DNA of 64,000 nt. Origin: an uncultured Bdellovibrio sp. (GTDB lineage Bacteria; Bdellovibrionota; Bdellovibrionia; Bdellovibrionales; Bdellovibrionaceae). Position numbers and translations under genes: made by a program. The stretch is from NCBI GenBank assembly GCA_963932905.1, contig CAWVRN010000020.1, forward strand, positions 17,332 through 81,331, read 5' to 3'. Each line of letters begins with the position of its first letter. Within the stretch, counting starts at the first letter, position 1. The notes under the pieces are model-generated. The model saw only the letters and a list, made by a program, of their open reading frames with translations. It searched no databases and was not told the origin of the DNA. Of the stretch, positions 47,506 through 55,950 are shown piece after piece.

Positions 47506-47835
47506 TCAATAGGTGAAATTCTTCTGGTATTCTGTCAAATCTAGACCTTCGGAAATACACGTTCTCTGAGGAGAAACAGTGCTAGCCAAAAGTACGACAG
47601 TCTGATTGTCGATAGTTTCCTGCACTGTCAAATCCGGAGACATTTTCTTTAACGTTTCCCACTCTATCACTTCGTCTGGACCATTGACAGAGGAGACGTT
47701 AGGGCAGTGAAAAACGACTGCAATTGGAACTCTGTTGGGGACATCAGTTTCAAAATTTCTTCGCCCCTGAGATTTGTAGAGCGAGCAATTTGTGCAGAAA
47801 ATAAAAATCAGAAGAAGGGGGAGTCTTAGTCGCAT
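47506..47835 (-). CDS. Small hypothetical lipoprotein
   Basis: MRLRLPLLLIFIFCTNC-SLY lipobox-like. Confidence 0.65.
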   Translation of the reverse strand: MRLRLPLLLIFIFCTNCSLYKSQGRRNFETDVPNRVPIAVVFHCPNVSSVNGPDEVIEWETLKKMSPDLTVQETIDNQTVVLLASTVSPQRTCISEGLDLTEYQKNFTY

Positions 47836-47880
47836 GAGTTTTATTATTCATCAAGATCGGGAAAAAAAGAAGATCTTTCC

Positions 47881-48103
47881 GCAACCGTACCGTAGCCGTC
47901 ACCGCGGCCGTACCGGAACCGTCACCGTAACCTTGACCGTAACGCCAATCCGTACCGTGTCCGACTCCGTACCGTTTTTCCGCACCGTCTCCGTGATGGT
48001 AAACGGCCCGGCCCTCGGTACGGAAACGGTTTCGGTTCGGTTTGCGGTGACGGTCAAGGTTACGGTGGCGGTTCCGGTACGGCTGCGGAACTCACCGGCC
48101 GCC
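47881..48103. repeat. GC-rich long imperfect palindrome built from ACCGT/ACGGT units
   Basis: Arms 47902-47940 and 48050-48088 are reverse complements at 37 of 39 positions; further inner pairings. Confidence 0.9.
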
Positions 48104-48105
48104 TT

Positions 48106-48145
48106 AAAAAAGAAAAACCCACGTTCCAAAAAGGAAAGTGGGTTT
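48106..48145 (-). terminator. Intrinsic terminator of ssb
   Basis: Minus strand AAACCCACTTTCC-TTTTT-GGAACGTGGGTTT followed by TTCTTTTTT. Confidence 0.8.
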
Positions 48146-48182
48146 GAAAACGAAACTTAAAAATGTATTTCGAAGAACTAAA

Positions 48183-48626
48183 TTAGAAAGGAATTTCTTC
48201 GCTAGTATCAAACTTCGGTTCTGGTCCGAAATCTTGTGCTTGGAAATCATCGCTGTGGTTGTTGTTGTAATTATTGTTTCCACCCGCTGATTGTTCGTTG
48301 TTGCTGCCAAGGAATTGAACAGTGTTCGCAACGATTTCAGTCGAGTATTTTTTAACGCCTTGTTGGTCTTCCCATTGGCGAGTTTGAAGGCGGCCTTCGA
48401 TGTAAACTTGACGACCTTTTGCCAAGTATTTTGAGCAGTTTTCAGCTTGTTTGCCCCATACTACGATACGGTGCCATTCAGTGCGTTCTTGTTTTTGACC
48501 ATCTTTTACCCAAGATTCGCTAGTCGCTACTGAAAATGTAGCTACCATGTTACCTGGTGATAATGTTTTTAGTTCTGGGTTGTTGCCTAGGCGGCCAACG
48601 ATGATAACTTTGTTAATTCCAGCCAT
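48183..48626 (-). CDS. ssb: Single-stranded DNA-binding protein
   Basis: [30 protein letters not shown], acidic tail EEIPF. Confidence 0.98.
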   Translation of the reverse strand: MAGINKVIIVGRLGNNPELKTLSPGNMVATFSVATSESWVKDGQKQERTEWHRIVVWGKQAENCSKYLAKGRQVYIEGRLQTRQWEDQQGVKKYSTEIVANTVQFLGSNNEQSAGGNNNYNNNHSDDFQAQDFGPEPKFDTSEEIPF

Positions 48627-48762
48627 GATTTGAGACTCCTTCTTTAAAAATTAATTAAGCTAATGTTCAAGGCTTAATGACTTACGCCGGTAGTTGCAAG
48701 ATCAAAACAAACTACTACATAAAATTATGTTGTATCAATTTTTAGAGAGACTAAATCTCGGA

Positions 48763-49773
48763 TTATCGCGCCGAATCAAACGAGGGCATAGCACGGCCCA
48801 TGCGCCATGAAACTTTGGATTTAAAGCTATAACCACCAGCGAATGGGGTTACGAAGCGATTAGCATTTAAAATAGGCAGAAGAAGGCTGATTTTATCGTG
48901 AAAACTCTGACGCATTTGAAGGTCCGTCGTGAGTTCATACCCTTCAGGCATCATCATTGGGCCCTTCATCATCGTCACATTGCCCTTAATAGTGCCTGTT
49001 AATTCATCATTGGCGCGGCCAAGTTGAAGTTCTTGGATTTGAAACGTGTTATCAAACAAACGCGCTTTTAAAACGATTTCTGATAACTTTAAACCAGGAA
49101 CATTAAATGGCAGAGCCATGCCTTGCTCCAATGTGAACGGCGGCATATCAAAATTTTTTACAGTCAATGTGAGCTCAGGAATTTCTACCAATGTAAACGG
49201 TGGTTGAGCACTGCCATCCGCGGGCGGTGTTAATTGAAAGATCGAAATAGCTTTCGTGTTTAAGTCCGCGCGACCATGCATTTCAAATGGCAATTTTAAG
49301 AAAGATTTTAATCCCATCAAATCGATTTTGTTCGCGGTGACCGCGATCATGCTTTGATCGGCTTTGCTTTCACCGTCGGATCTATGTTTGTGAACCGAGA
49401 TTTCCGCATCACCGCTGAATAAACCGGAAACTTTGATACGGCCATAGGGTTTACGATTTAATGCCGACATTAAATCGGGGCTAGCGACTAATTCTTTTAA
49501 AGTGATTGGCGGTCGGCCAGCCATTTCGAAAAATACTTGGTCTAGTTGAACGCCCAGGCTGTTTGCCATTGAAAAGGACATGTCTTCAAAGGCCAGATTC
49601 ACCTGGTTATGCGATTGATCAGACACCATTTTAGATACGAAATCGCTTAATTCATTTTTAGGAAATAGAATTACAAAAAACAACACCGAGAAAACAATAA
49701 CGAATAGAATCTTAAATATATTTTTAACAAACAAAAAAACGAAAAGATTTTTTAGCTGTGTAATGATAGCCAT
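48763..49773 (-). CDS. gspN: T2SS GspN (deltaproteobacterial type)
   Basis: N-terminal TM ending LFP, beta-rich periplasmic body; follows gspL-gspM. Confidence 0.7.
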   Translation of the reverse strand: MAIITQLKNLFVFLFVKNIFKILFVIVFSVLFFVILFPKNELSDFVSKMVSDQSHNQVNLAFEDMSFSMANSLGVQLDQVFFEMAGRPPITLKELVASPDLMSALNRKPYGRIKVSGLFSGDAEISVHKHRSDGESKADQSMIAVTANKIDLMGLKSFLKLPFEMHGRADLNTKAISIFQLTPPADGSAQPPFTLVEIPELTLTVKNFDMPPFTLEQGMALPFNVPGLKLSEIVLKARLFDNTFQIQELQLGRANDELTGTIKGNVTMMKGPMMMPEGYELTTDLQMRQSFHDKISLLLPILNANRFVTPFAGGYSFKSKVSWRMGRAMPSFDSAR

Positions 49774-50468
49774 TATTGTTCCTCGTTAGTTTCTGTTTTG
49801 GTCGGACGCTTGCCTTTCTTTTTCGGTTCTGGCGGCGGTGGCTCTGGTGGTTTGTATTCCGGGATATTTAAGGCCACCAAATGGAAATCAGCATTCAAAT
49901 AGCGGGCATCTTCACGATTTAAAGTCACGATAAGATCTTTAACCTTTACAGACGGATGAATGATTTGCAATTTTGAACCTAGATTCGTCAGCTGTTTTAG
50001 ATTAATTTTATTCACTGTGATATCAATTCCGTACTGCATCTTGTTTTGCGGGATTAGGCCAGCCGTTGGTTGCATATTGATATTTACTTGTTTGATTTGC
50101 TCGGGCAGTAAATTCATTTCTTTCAGTTGCGATTCTACGCTGGATTTAAATGATTCTGCTGGAAGAGGGCGAGGGATATCCGGCAAAGCCGTGATTTCAC
50201 GTTCTGACTTGATGATATCTTTGATCGTTTTACGTTTGCTTTCAAATGCGGTTTCGCTTTCAAAAGAAATTAAAAAATAATCTAAAGGAAAATAAACAAA
50301 GAAACCAAGTAACAGAACGAAGGAAATTATTTTAACTAGCCGTTGCTGAGGCGAATTAAGGTTTTCATAGCGTTCGCTAAGAACGATATACAATCGTGAA
50401 TTAGTGATACGTTCACCAATTTGCACAAATTGATTTTTTAAGTTTTCCCTTAAATCTTCAAAAGCCAT
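49773..50468 (-). CDS. gspM: T2SS GspM-like protein
   Basis: YENLNSPQQRL + TM + coiled coil + ferredoxin-like domain. Confidence 0.7.
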   Translation of the reverse strand: MAFEDLRENLKNQFVQIGERITNSRLYIVLSERYENLNSPQQRLVKIISFVLLLGFFVYFPLDYFLISFESETAFESKRKTIKDIIKSEREITALPDIPRPLPAESFKSSVESQLKEMNLLPEQIKQVNINMQPTAGLIPQNKMQYGIDITVNKINLKQLTNLGSKLQIIHPSVKVKDLIVTLNREDARYLNADFHLVALNIPEYKPPEPPPPEPKKKGKRPTKTETNEEQ

Positions 50469-50471
50469 TAA

Positions 50472-52151
50472 TTACTTTCCTACTTTTTTGATACCGCGAT
50501 CTACATTCATTGAAAATGAAAATGGAACTTTAGTTCCAAACGCCGGTAAGTTGCCTGGATTACGTTGTACCGTTTCATTCAAAGCTAACATTTTCAATGT
50601 TTCAAAAACTTGTTCACGTTGCTGAGTATTTTGGACATAACCTTCAACCACTAACGCTTGATCTAAGACTTGAAAGCGGACTAAGTCGATTTGCGCGCTG
50701 ACTTTAGACGGCAGGGTGTCGGACAACTTCTTAAGGATTTCCACTGCTGAATTCATTTGGTAATAAATTTCTGCCGATTTAAAATCAGAGACAGTCACTT
50801 TGTTATTTTTAAGTGCCTTTGCGATATTCGCTTGGCCCGATGTTTTGCCAGATAATCCTAAAGCATCTCGAGCTGCGGCTTTTAATTTTGCGCCCACATC
50901 TGTATCTAGAACTTCAGCAAAATCGACACGTAACATCGACCATACGAAAAGCAGTACAAATATCGAAAACATGATTTGTAACGTTGCTGCCCAACTGCCC
51001 CAGAATTCTTGTAGGCGTGTATCTTTAACGGCAAATTCGTCTTTTAAGAAATTGATCGCTGGGTTTCGTGGTTTTTTGATACCCTCGATGGCTAAACCCA
51101 ATGAAATAGCGGAACGAACATCATTTAGATCGTTTTTTTCAAAGTAAATTTGACCATAGGAATCTAGCACGTTCATGCGGTTACATGGAATTTCCAGATT
51201 CTGAGTTAAATAGGGTGCCATGCCTTGAATTAAGCTCATGCCGCCAGTGATTTCGATTTTGCCGATTTCACAGCCATGTTCTGATTTGATTTCTAAAATA
51301 GAGATTTGCAAGTCACGTATAAAATCACGAACACCGCGGGAAATAATATCTGAAAAAGCTTTCGATTCTGGCGATAACTCTTGTTTTTTAGTCAGGATGA
51401 AACCTTTGGCTTCCAATTCCTTATGAGCTTCGGACAGTGGTAAATTGTATTTCTTAGCGATGGCTTCGCCAATATATTTACCGCCCCAAAGAATTGTGCG
51501 AACAGAAATGAGTTTTCCTGCATCAAAGATAGAAACCAGCGTATGGGAATGGCCCATATTTAAAACTAAAGTTACTTTTTTAGAAGCAATCTGCGTGATT
51601 TCTTCAAGGACTATGTTCGTCGAAGCGGTCGCTGGTTTAGCCGTGATGGGTTCGTTCCATTTTTCAATGAGGTTGGCAAAAGCGCTACCTTCGTTTGACA
51701 CGATATCCGCTTGGATATTGCATTCCTTCATTACCTGAACTATGCGCGCGACTTCTTCCTTTTTAACGGCAAATGCTAGGACTTCAGCCGTCGGCGGCGT
51801 GATGTTTTGCAATTTAAAATCAAAGACCGCGTTCTCGATTGAAAATGGAATTTCATCTTCAAGTTCCAATGGGAGTGTACGGGCAATCTTATTTCGTTCG
51901 ACGAAAGGAAATGTTTTTTGACGAACGGCGACTTTGTCTTGACGAATACCCACGACAAATTGAGTCTGATCCAAATCATACTTTGTACTTAAACCACGAA
52001 TAAAATCAATGACTTCAAAATGGGTATCGGTGTTCGGCTTTAAACTTAGTTCATGAGTGTAGAAATGAACCAGCTGAAAACCTTTGGATGAAGAACTAAT
52101 CTCCATCACCTTTACACAATAGGAACCAATGTCTATGCCCACAGACTTCAT
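50472..52151 (-). CDS. gspL: T2SS GspL (PilM-like actin fold + TM + PilN-like domain)
   Basis: VGIDIGSYCVKV, LEDEIPF, ITGG, INF.K.EF, TM. Confidence 0.82.
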   Translation of the reverse strand: MKSVGIDIGSYCVKVMEISSSSKGFQLVHFYTHELSLKPNTDTHFEVIDFIRGLSTKYDLDQTQFVVGIRQDKVAVRQKTFPFVERNKIARTLPLELEDEIPFSIENAVFDFKLQNITPPTAEVLAFAVKKEEVARIVQVMKECNIQADIVSNEGSAFANLIEKWNEPITAKPATASTNIVLEEITQIASKKVTLVLNMGHSHTLVSIFDAGKLISVRTILWGGKYIGEAIAKKYNLPLSEAHKELEAKGFILTKKQELSPESKAFSDIISRGVRDFIRDLQISILEIKSEHGCEIGKIEITGGMSLIQGMAPYLTQNLEIPCNRMNVLDSYGQIYFEKNDLNDVRSAISLGLAIEGIKKPRNPAINFLKDEFAVKDTRLQEFWGSWAATLQIMFSIFVLLFVWSMLRVDFAEVLDTDVGAKLKAAARDALGLSGKTSGQANIAKALKNNKVTVSDFKSAEIYYQMNSAVEILKKLSDTLPSKVSAQIDLVRFQVLDQALVVEGYVQNTQQREQVFETLKMLALNETVQRNPGNLPAFGTKVPFSFSMNVDRGIKKVGK

Positions 52152-52228
52152 GGGCTTAGTTTAATGCTTTGCTGGCCATTGGTTAATGACTATTTTTCGT
52201 AACGTGAATAGCTAGACCTAGGCCGTAG

Positions 52229-53365
52229 CTACTGTACTTGCGATTTGTAGGGGATGTCGAAAACTTTATAACTCAATTTTATGTCGTCTAACGTAGTTCC
52301 TAAGCCTATTTTGATGGCGGCCTCTAAATCATGAATGTTTCTGGTTTGCTTTGCGTACTGGTACCAAAATGGAAGCATTTCATTTTTGAACTGGCTCAAG
52401 CTGATCGCTTGAAAACCAGCGAAGCCAACGTAGCTTAACGGGTAGTCGGTGCCTTGCAGTGCGCGACCTTGAAAGTGAGATAAGAAAATATTTTTGTAAA
52501 ATCCCATGCGGTTTACAAACAAACCCGCTGAATTATCCACGTATAGGTTTGGGTACTTTTGCGCGAGTTCTACTAAGTAAGTGTAGCCTGGTTTTTCATC
52601 ATACTTTCCAGAAATAGCGGCGTGAGCAGCGATGACGGTGATGCCTTTGTTTAAAACTGTTTCGATATTTCTTGGATCGCAGTAATCCATGTCGGCCCAC
52701 GAAAATGTGTTTTCAAATCCTGTATGAGTCACCAGCGGCATGTTCAGTTCCTTCATTTTATCTAAAAACTTTTCAACATGTGGCGGGGGATTTTTCAAAT
52801 TGATACCCATGATACAAGGAATCCATTTAACAAGTTTCGCTCCTTGACTATGAACTTTTTCAAGCTCTGTGATCGCATCTTTTTTATTCGGATTGATGCT
52901 GGCGCCGAAATACAAATTGCTCGTTTTTTGAGTCACGCCGTAGATATAATCATTGGGAATTAAAATATCGGTTTTATTTTTATCTAAATCGCCGTGTTCG
53001 TCATAAAAACCATCTAGCGCATACACGATCGCGCTGGAATATAATTCGGATTCGTTCAATCGCTTAATGTAAGCGTTGACCATCAAATCGTCAGCATCTG
53101 GTCGATCAAGGTCTGTAGACTGTAGTCCAGAGGCCTTCAGGTACATTTTAAATTTAAACGTATTTCTAAAACCCGGGCGAATGTAACAACCCGGGTTATT
53201 CAAGCAGGCCAGGTGCGAATGCACGTCCAGGATAGATTTTCGAAACGACAGGGGGGCCTTAAGTATGCGATCTTCCCGGCTATGTAGCTGAGCTGCATAA
53301 GCAATCACTAAACATAGTCCTGCAGCAGCTGCCGCGAAGTATTTTCGAGTCAGAATTTTAGACAT
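52229..53365 (-). CDS. Amidohydrolase_2 family metallohydrolase, N-terminally anchored or exported
   Basis: LDVHSH, ASINP, LVKW, THTG.E, IAAH, YVDNS, GTDYP. Confidence 0.88.
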   Translation of the reverse strand: MSKILTRKYFAAAAAGLCLVIAYAAQLHSREDRILKAPLSFRKSILDVHSHLACLNNPGCYIRPGFRNTFKFKMYLKASGLQSTDLDRPDADDLMVNAYIKRLNESELYSSAIVYALDGFYDEHGDLDKNKTDILIPNDYIYGVTQKTSNLYFGASINPNKKDAITELEKVHSQGAKLVKWIPCIMGINLKNPPPHVEKFLDKMKELNMPLVTHTGFENTFSWADMDYCDPRNIETVLNKGITVIAAHAAISGKYDEKPGYTYLVELAQKYPNLYVDNSAGLFVNRMGFYKNIFLSHFQGRALQGTDYPLSYVGFAGFQAISLSQFKNEMLPFWYQYAKQTRNIHDLEAAIKIGLGTTLDDIKLSYKVFDIPYKSQVQ

Positions 53366-53379
53366 GTTTTGGCTCCATC

Positions 53380-53411
53380 AATAATATATCTAAATTTTTA
53401 GATATATTATT
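53380..53411. promoter_or_regulatory. Perfect 15-bp-arm AT-rich palindrome between divergent genes (operator candidate)
   Basis: AATAATATATCTAAA-TT-TTTAGATATATTATT. Confidence 0.55.
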
Positions 53412-53462
53412 CTAGGCTGTCATCTAGTTTAAGTTTTATGCAATCAGGACGACAATAAGTGT

Positions 53463-54515
53463 ATGAAAAAGCGTTTCATGATTTTTTTAAGTTCCGTAGT
53501 ATTTTTAGCTGGTTGCATGAATGAGTTTAAGTTTCGCGCCGATGATACAAATTCAGGAAATGCTGCCGCGCCAGGCAATGAAATCACTCGTAACCCCGAC
53601 GGCAACACCGATGTGGGAAATCCCAAACCAGAAGACCCGGTCATTGTCGATCCTGACTCAGGCGCCTTGTTTCCGGTTGCTTACAAGAAGGGTGAGTGCA
53701 CCAAAGATCCACTGAATGTTGTGTCATGCATGACTTGTCAAATCGATCAACGTCCGCTCCCGGCTCCGCTATCGACAAAAGCCTCTCAGCTTTTAAAGAT
53801 TATGGAATTGGGTTGTGCCATTGCGAACAAATCCGATCCACAAAATTATATGGCTCCGTCTCGAACAGAGATTTTAAAATATTTAAATCAAGCGACGTAC
53901 AAAATGTACCCAGACTCTACGATGACGGTTCGTCAGCAGCAAAATATTTCTAAGTGGATGGCTGGTGATAAGAAAAATCTAGAGCGCCTGTTTGGCGGCC
54001 TTTGGTATAATCCACCATATTCTGATGATTTTGAAACCTACTTCGGCTTAGAGCCACGGGAAGCGCGTCATATGTTTTGTTATGAAGCTCCGGAAGCTTC
54101 ATTTTCTATCGGCTCGGTCTCGGATTTGTATTCGATCGAATATTTCAGATGCGTACAGGAAGGTGGATTCTCGTGCCGCGAACGTGCGGACTATGTTAAA
54201 GGAAATATCTATCGTCGTCAGTTGATTGCGGCGATCGAGAAAAGTTTAGTAGACCCCGTGAATGATCAAGAAATGGTGCCTGTGAACAAATGTCATTGGG
54301 AATCAATGTCTGGTTATTACAATTTGGAAATGGAAAATAAACTAATTGAATGGAAGAATACCGGATATGAATTAGCCGTTTCGTTTGAGAAAGCTCCCGT
54401 TCGGTGCGAGCCACTGACCACCACATCGATTTCATTTGGTACTAAAGTGACAGTCGGTGCGAAGAAATGTGAAGACTTTATTCGTTCCTATAGCAATCCA
54501 AATACTTCACTTTAA
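53463..54515 (+). CDS. Cys-rich hypothetical lipoprotein
   Basis: LAGC lipobox, N/P/D linker, 10 further Cys. Confidence 0.78.
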   Translation: MKKRFMIFLSSVVFLAGCMNEFKFRADDTNSGNAAAPGNEITRNPDGNTDVGNPKPEDPVIVDPDSGALFPVAYKKGECTKDPLNVVSCMTCQIDQRPLPAPLSTKASQLLKIMELGCAIANKSDPQNYMAPSRTEILKYLNQATYKMYPDSTMTVRQQQNISKWMAGDKKNLERLFGGLWYNPPYSDDFETYFGLEPREARHMFCYEAPEASFSIGSVSDLYSIEYFRCVQEGGFSCRERADYVKGNIYRRQLIAAIEKSLVDPVNDQEMVPVNKCHWESMSGYYNLEMENKLIEWKNTGYELAVSFEKAPVRCEPLTTTSISFGTKVTVGAKKCEDFIRSYSNPNTSL

Positions 54516-55731
54516 TCATAGGGCCAATTATTGTTGGCTGGAAACTAAGGCCTGGTGGAAATGCTTTAGGTTGCGCTGGTGGCGAAACCTCAAAATCTGT
54601 TACCTTCAACGATGCCAACGAGCGAGCATTGAAGCCCAAATCACTGTATTTGACCGGTGAATTTAAATCTGATTTTGCCGTCAGCGCGATGTTGCCACCG
54701 TCAGCCAGAATCATTCCGTACTTTTTTAATGCCCGAGCAACGACTTGGGCTGAGGCGCTCAATGTGGAGATATCAAAGGAAGACTTCAACCGTAGTCGTG
54801 TTCCATAAGGTAGTCCGGGTTCTAGGGAGCTGTCTGCAAACGGACTTTCCGTTAAATCAGATGTTGGCGCGGGAGCCCAACCAGAGGTGTTCCCGGTCGT
54901 GTGAGTAGCAGGACGTACATAAGTGCGATAAGCTATACGGTTGTTAGGCAAGATAAATCGAATAGCGTGATTGATGGCACCAGCTTTAATCTCTTCAGCT
55001 GAAAAGAGCATGGCGCCGATTGAAAATCCCCCTGCATCGGCGCTAGTGCAAACATCACCTCGGATAGATTCAGTCCAAGTTTTCTCGAAAGGCCAAACCA
55101 CAGCGCCTCCATCACCCGCATTAGAAAGAGTATTTCCATTTACGGTGGCACGGTAGAACTCGTAAAGTTTTTTATTCGACTTATCCAAGACTAAATAATG
55201 ACAGTCCCCACCGTCGCATACGGCGCCCGAAGAGCTTTCAAACCCAGCGTGGGAGCCAGAGGGAGGACTTGGGACTCGAGTCAGCGTATCTGAGTCTGTC
55301 CACGAGGCCGATGTGTCAAAATCATAGAACGTTGAGTGGTTTGCCGTAGTTTCTAGAACATCAATGGAAAAATCCACTTGGAATATATTTGAGTTACCCC
55401 AACCACCTCGCGCGGCAAAACCGTTAATCAAATGGTCGGAGTAATTTCTCTGAGCTTGTGTCAAAGAAATAGTGTCCACCGCTTGGTTGAAATACATCGA
55501 GCAGGGGAAATTTTGAGCGATCCCAGAAGATGAACTACAGCCAGCAGAACTACCCGCAGCGTTTTCAGCGCTGGGTGAAGGAGTTCCACTATTCGTTGTT
55601 GTAGAATTATCCGCATTGGCAGCAGAGTAGGAATCAAAACCATTTGAACAATTCTGAAAAGCTACGATTAAAACAGCACAGATCGGAACAATATATAAAA
55701 TATTAAAAGGCAAACGTGATTGACCAGGCAT
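54478..55731 (-). CDS. 'FQNC'-type exported lipoprotein with conserved uncharacterised domain
   Basis: VAFQNCS leader, Ser-rich linker; GDCHYLVLD, TSADAGG, AINHAIRF, PYGTRLRLK, ALKKYGMILADGG. Confidence 0.78.
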   Translation of the reverse strand: MPGQSRLPFNILYIVPICAVLIVAFQNCSNGFDSYSAANADNSTTTNSGTPSPSAENAAGSSAGCSSSSGIAQNFPCSMYFNQAVDTISLTQAQRNYSDHLINGFAARGGWGNSNIFQVDFSIDVLETTANHSTFYDFDTSASWTDSDTLTRVPSPPSGSHAGFESSSGAVCDGGDCHYLVLDKSNKKLYEFYRATVNGNTLSNAGDGGAVVWPFEKTWTESIRGDVCTSADAGGFSIGAMLFSAEEIKAGAINHAIRFILPNNRIAYRTYVRPATHTTGNTSGWAPAPTSDLTESPFADSSLEPGLPYGTRLRLKSSFDISTLSASAQVVARALKKYGMILADGGNIALTAKSDLNSPVKYSDLGFNARSLASLKVTDFEVSPPAQPKAFPPGLSFQPTIIGPMIKVKYLDCYRNE

Positions 55732-55906
55732 GGATTTGGCTCCATTTCTTCTAGGTTATTAATTCATATCGAATTTAGTATAGCGTTTTCAAGTTAAAGT
55801 TAAAATACAAAAAATATTCGTAAGGTAGATGCCCTAAGTTGAGACGTCGTAAAATTTCGCATTGTCAAAAAAATCAACAAAAAGGCGTTTCATTTGAGGT
55901 GTATGT

Positions 55907-55933
55907 CGTCCCCGGATCGTAGATCCGGGGACG
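55907..55933. terminator. 12-bp GC hairpin just downstream of the GS gene
   Basis: CGTCCCCGGATC-GTA-GATCCGGGGACG; no U-tract on the GS strand. Confidence 0.55.
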
Positions 55934-55950
55934 TTATTATAGTTGAACTT

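Noticed and set aside
47792..48331. ORFs 47792..48160 (+), 47899..48129 (-) and 48104..48331 (-) with TVTVTV sequence
   Set aside because: Translation by-products of the ACCGT palindrome and an alternative ssb frame; no RBS or protein-like composition.
53720..53745. CMTC as a heme c attachment site
   Set aside because: It is followed by Q rather than H, so it is not CxxCH.
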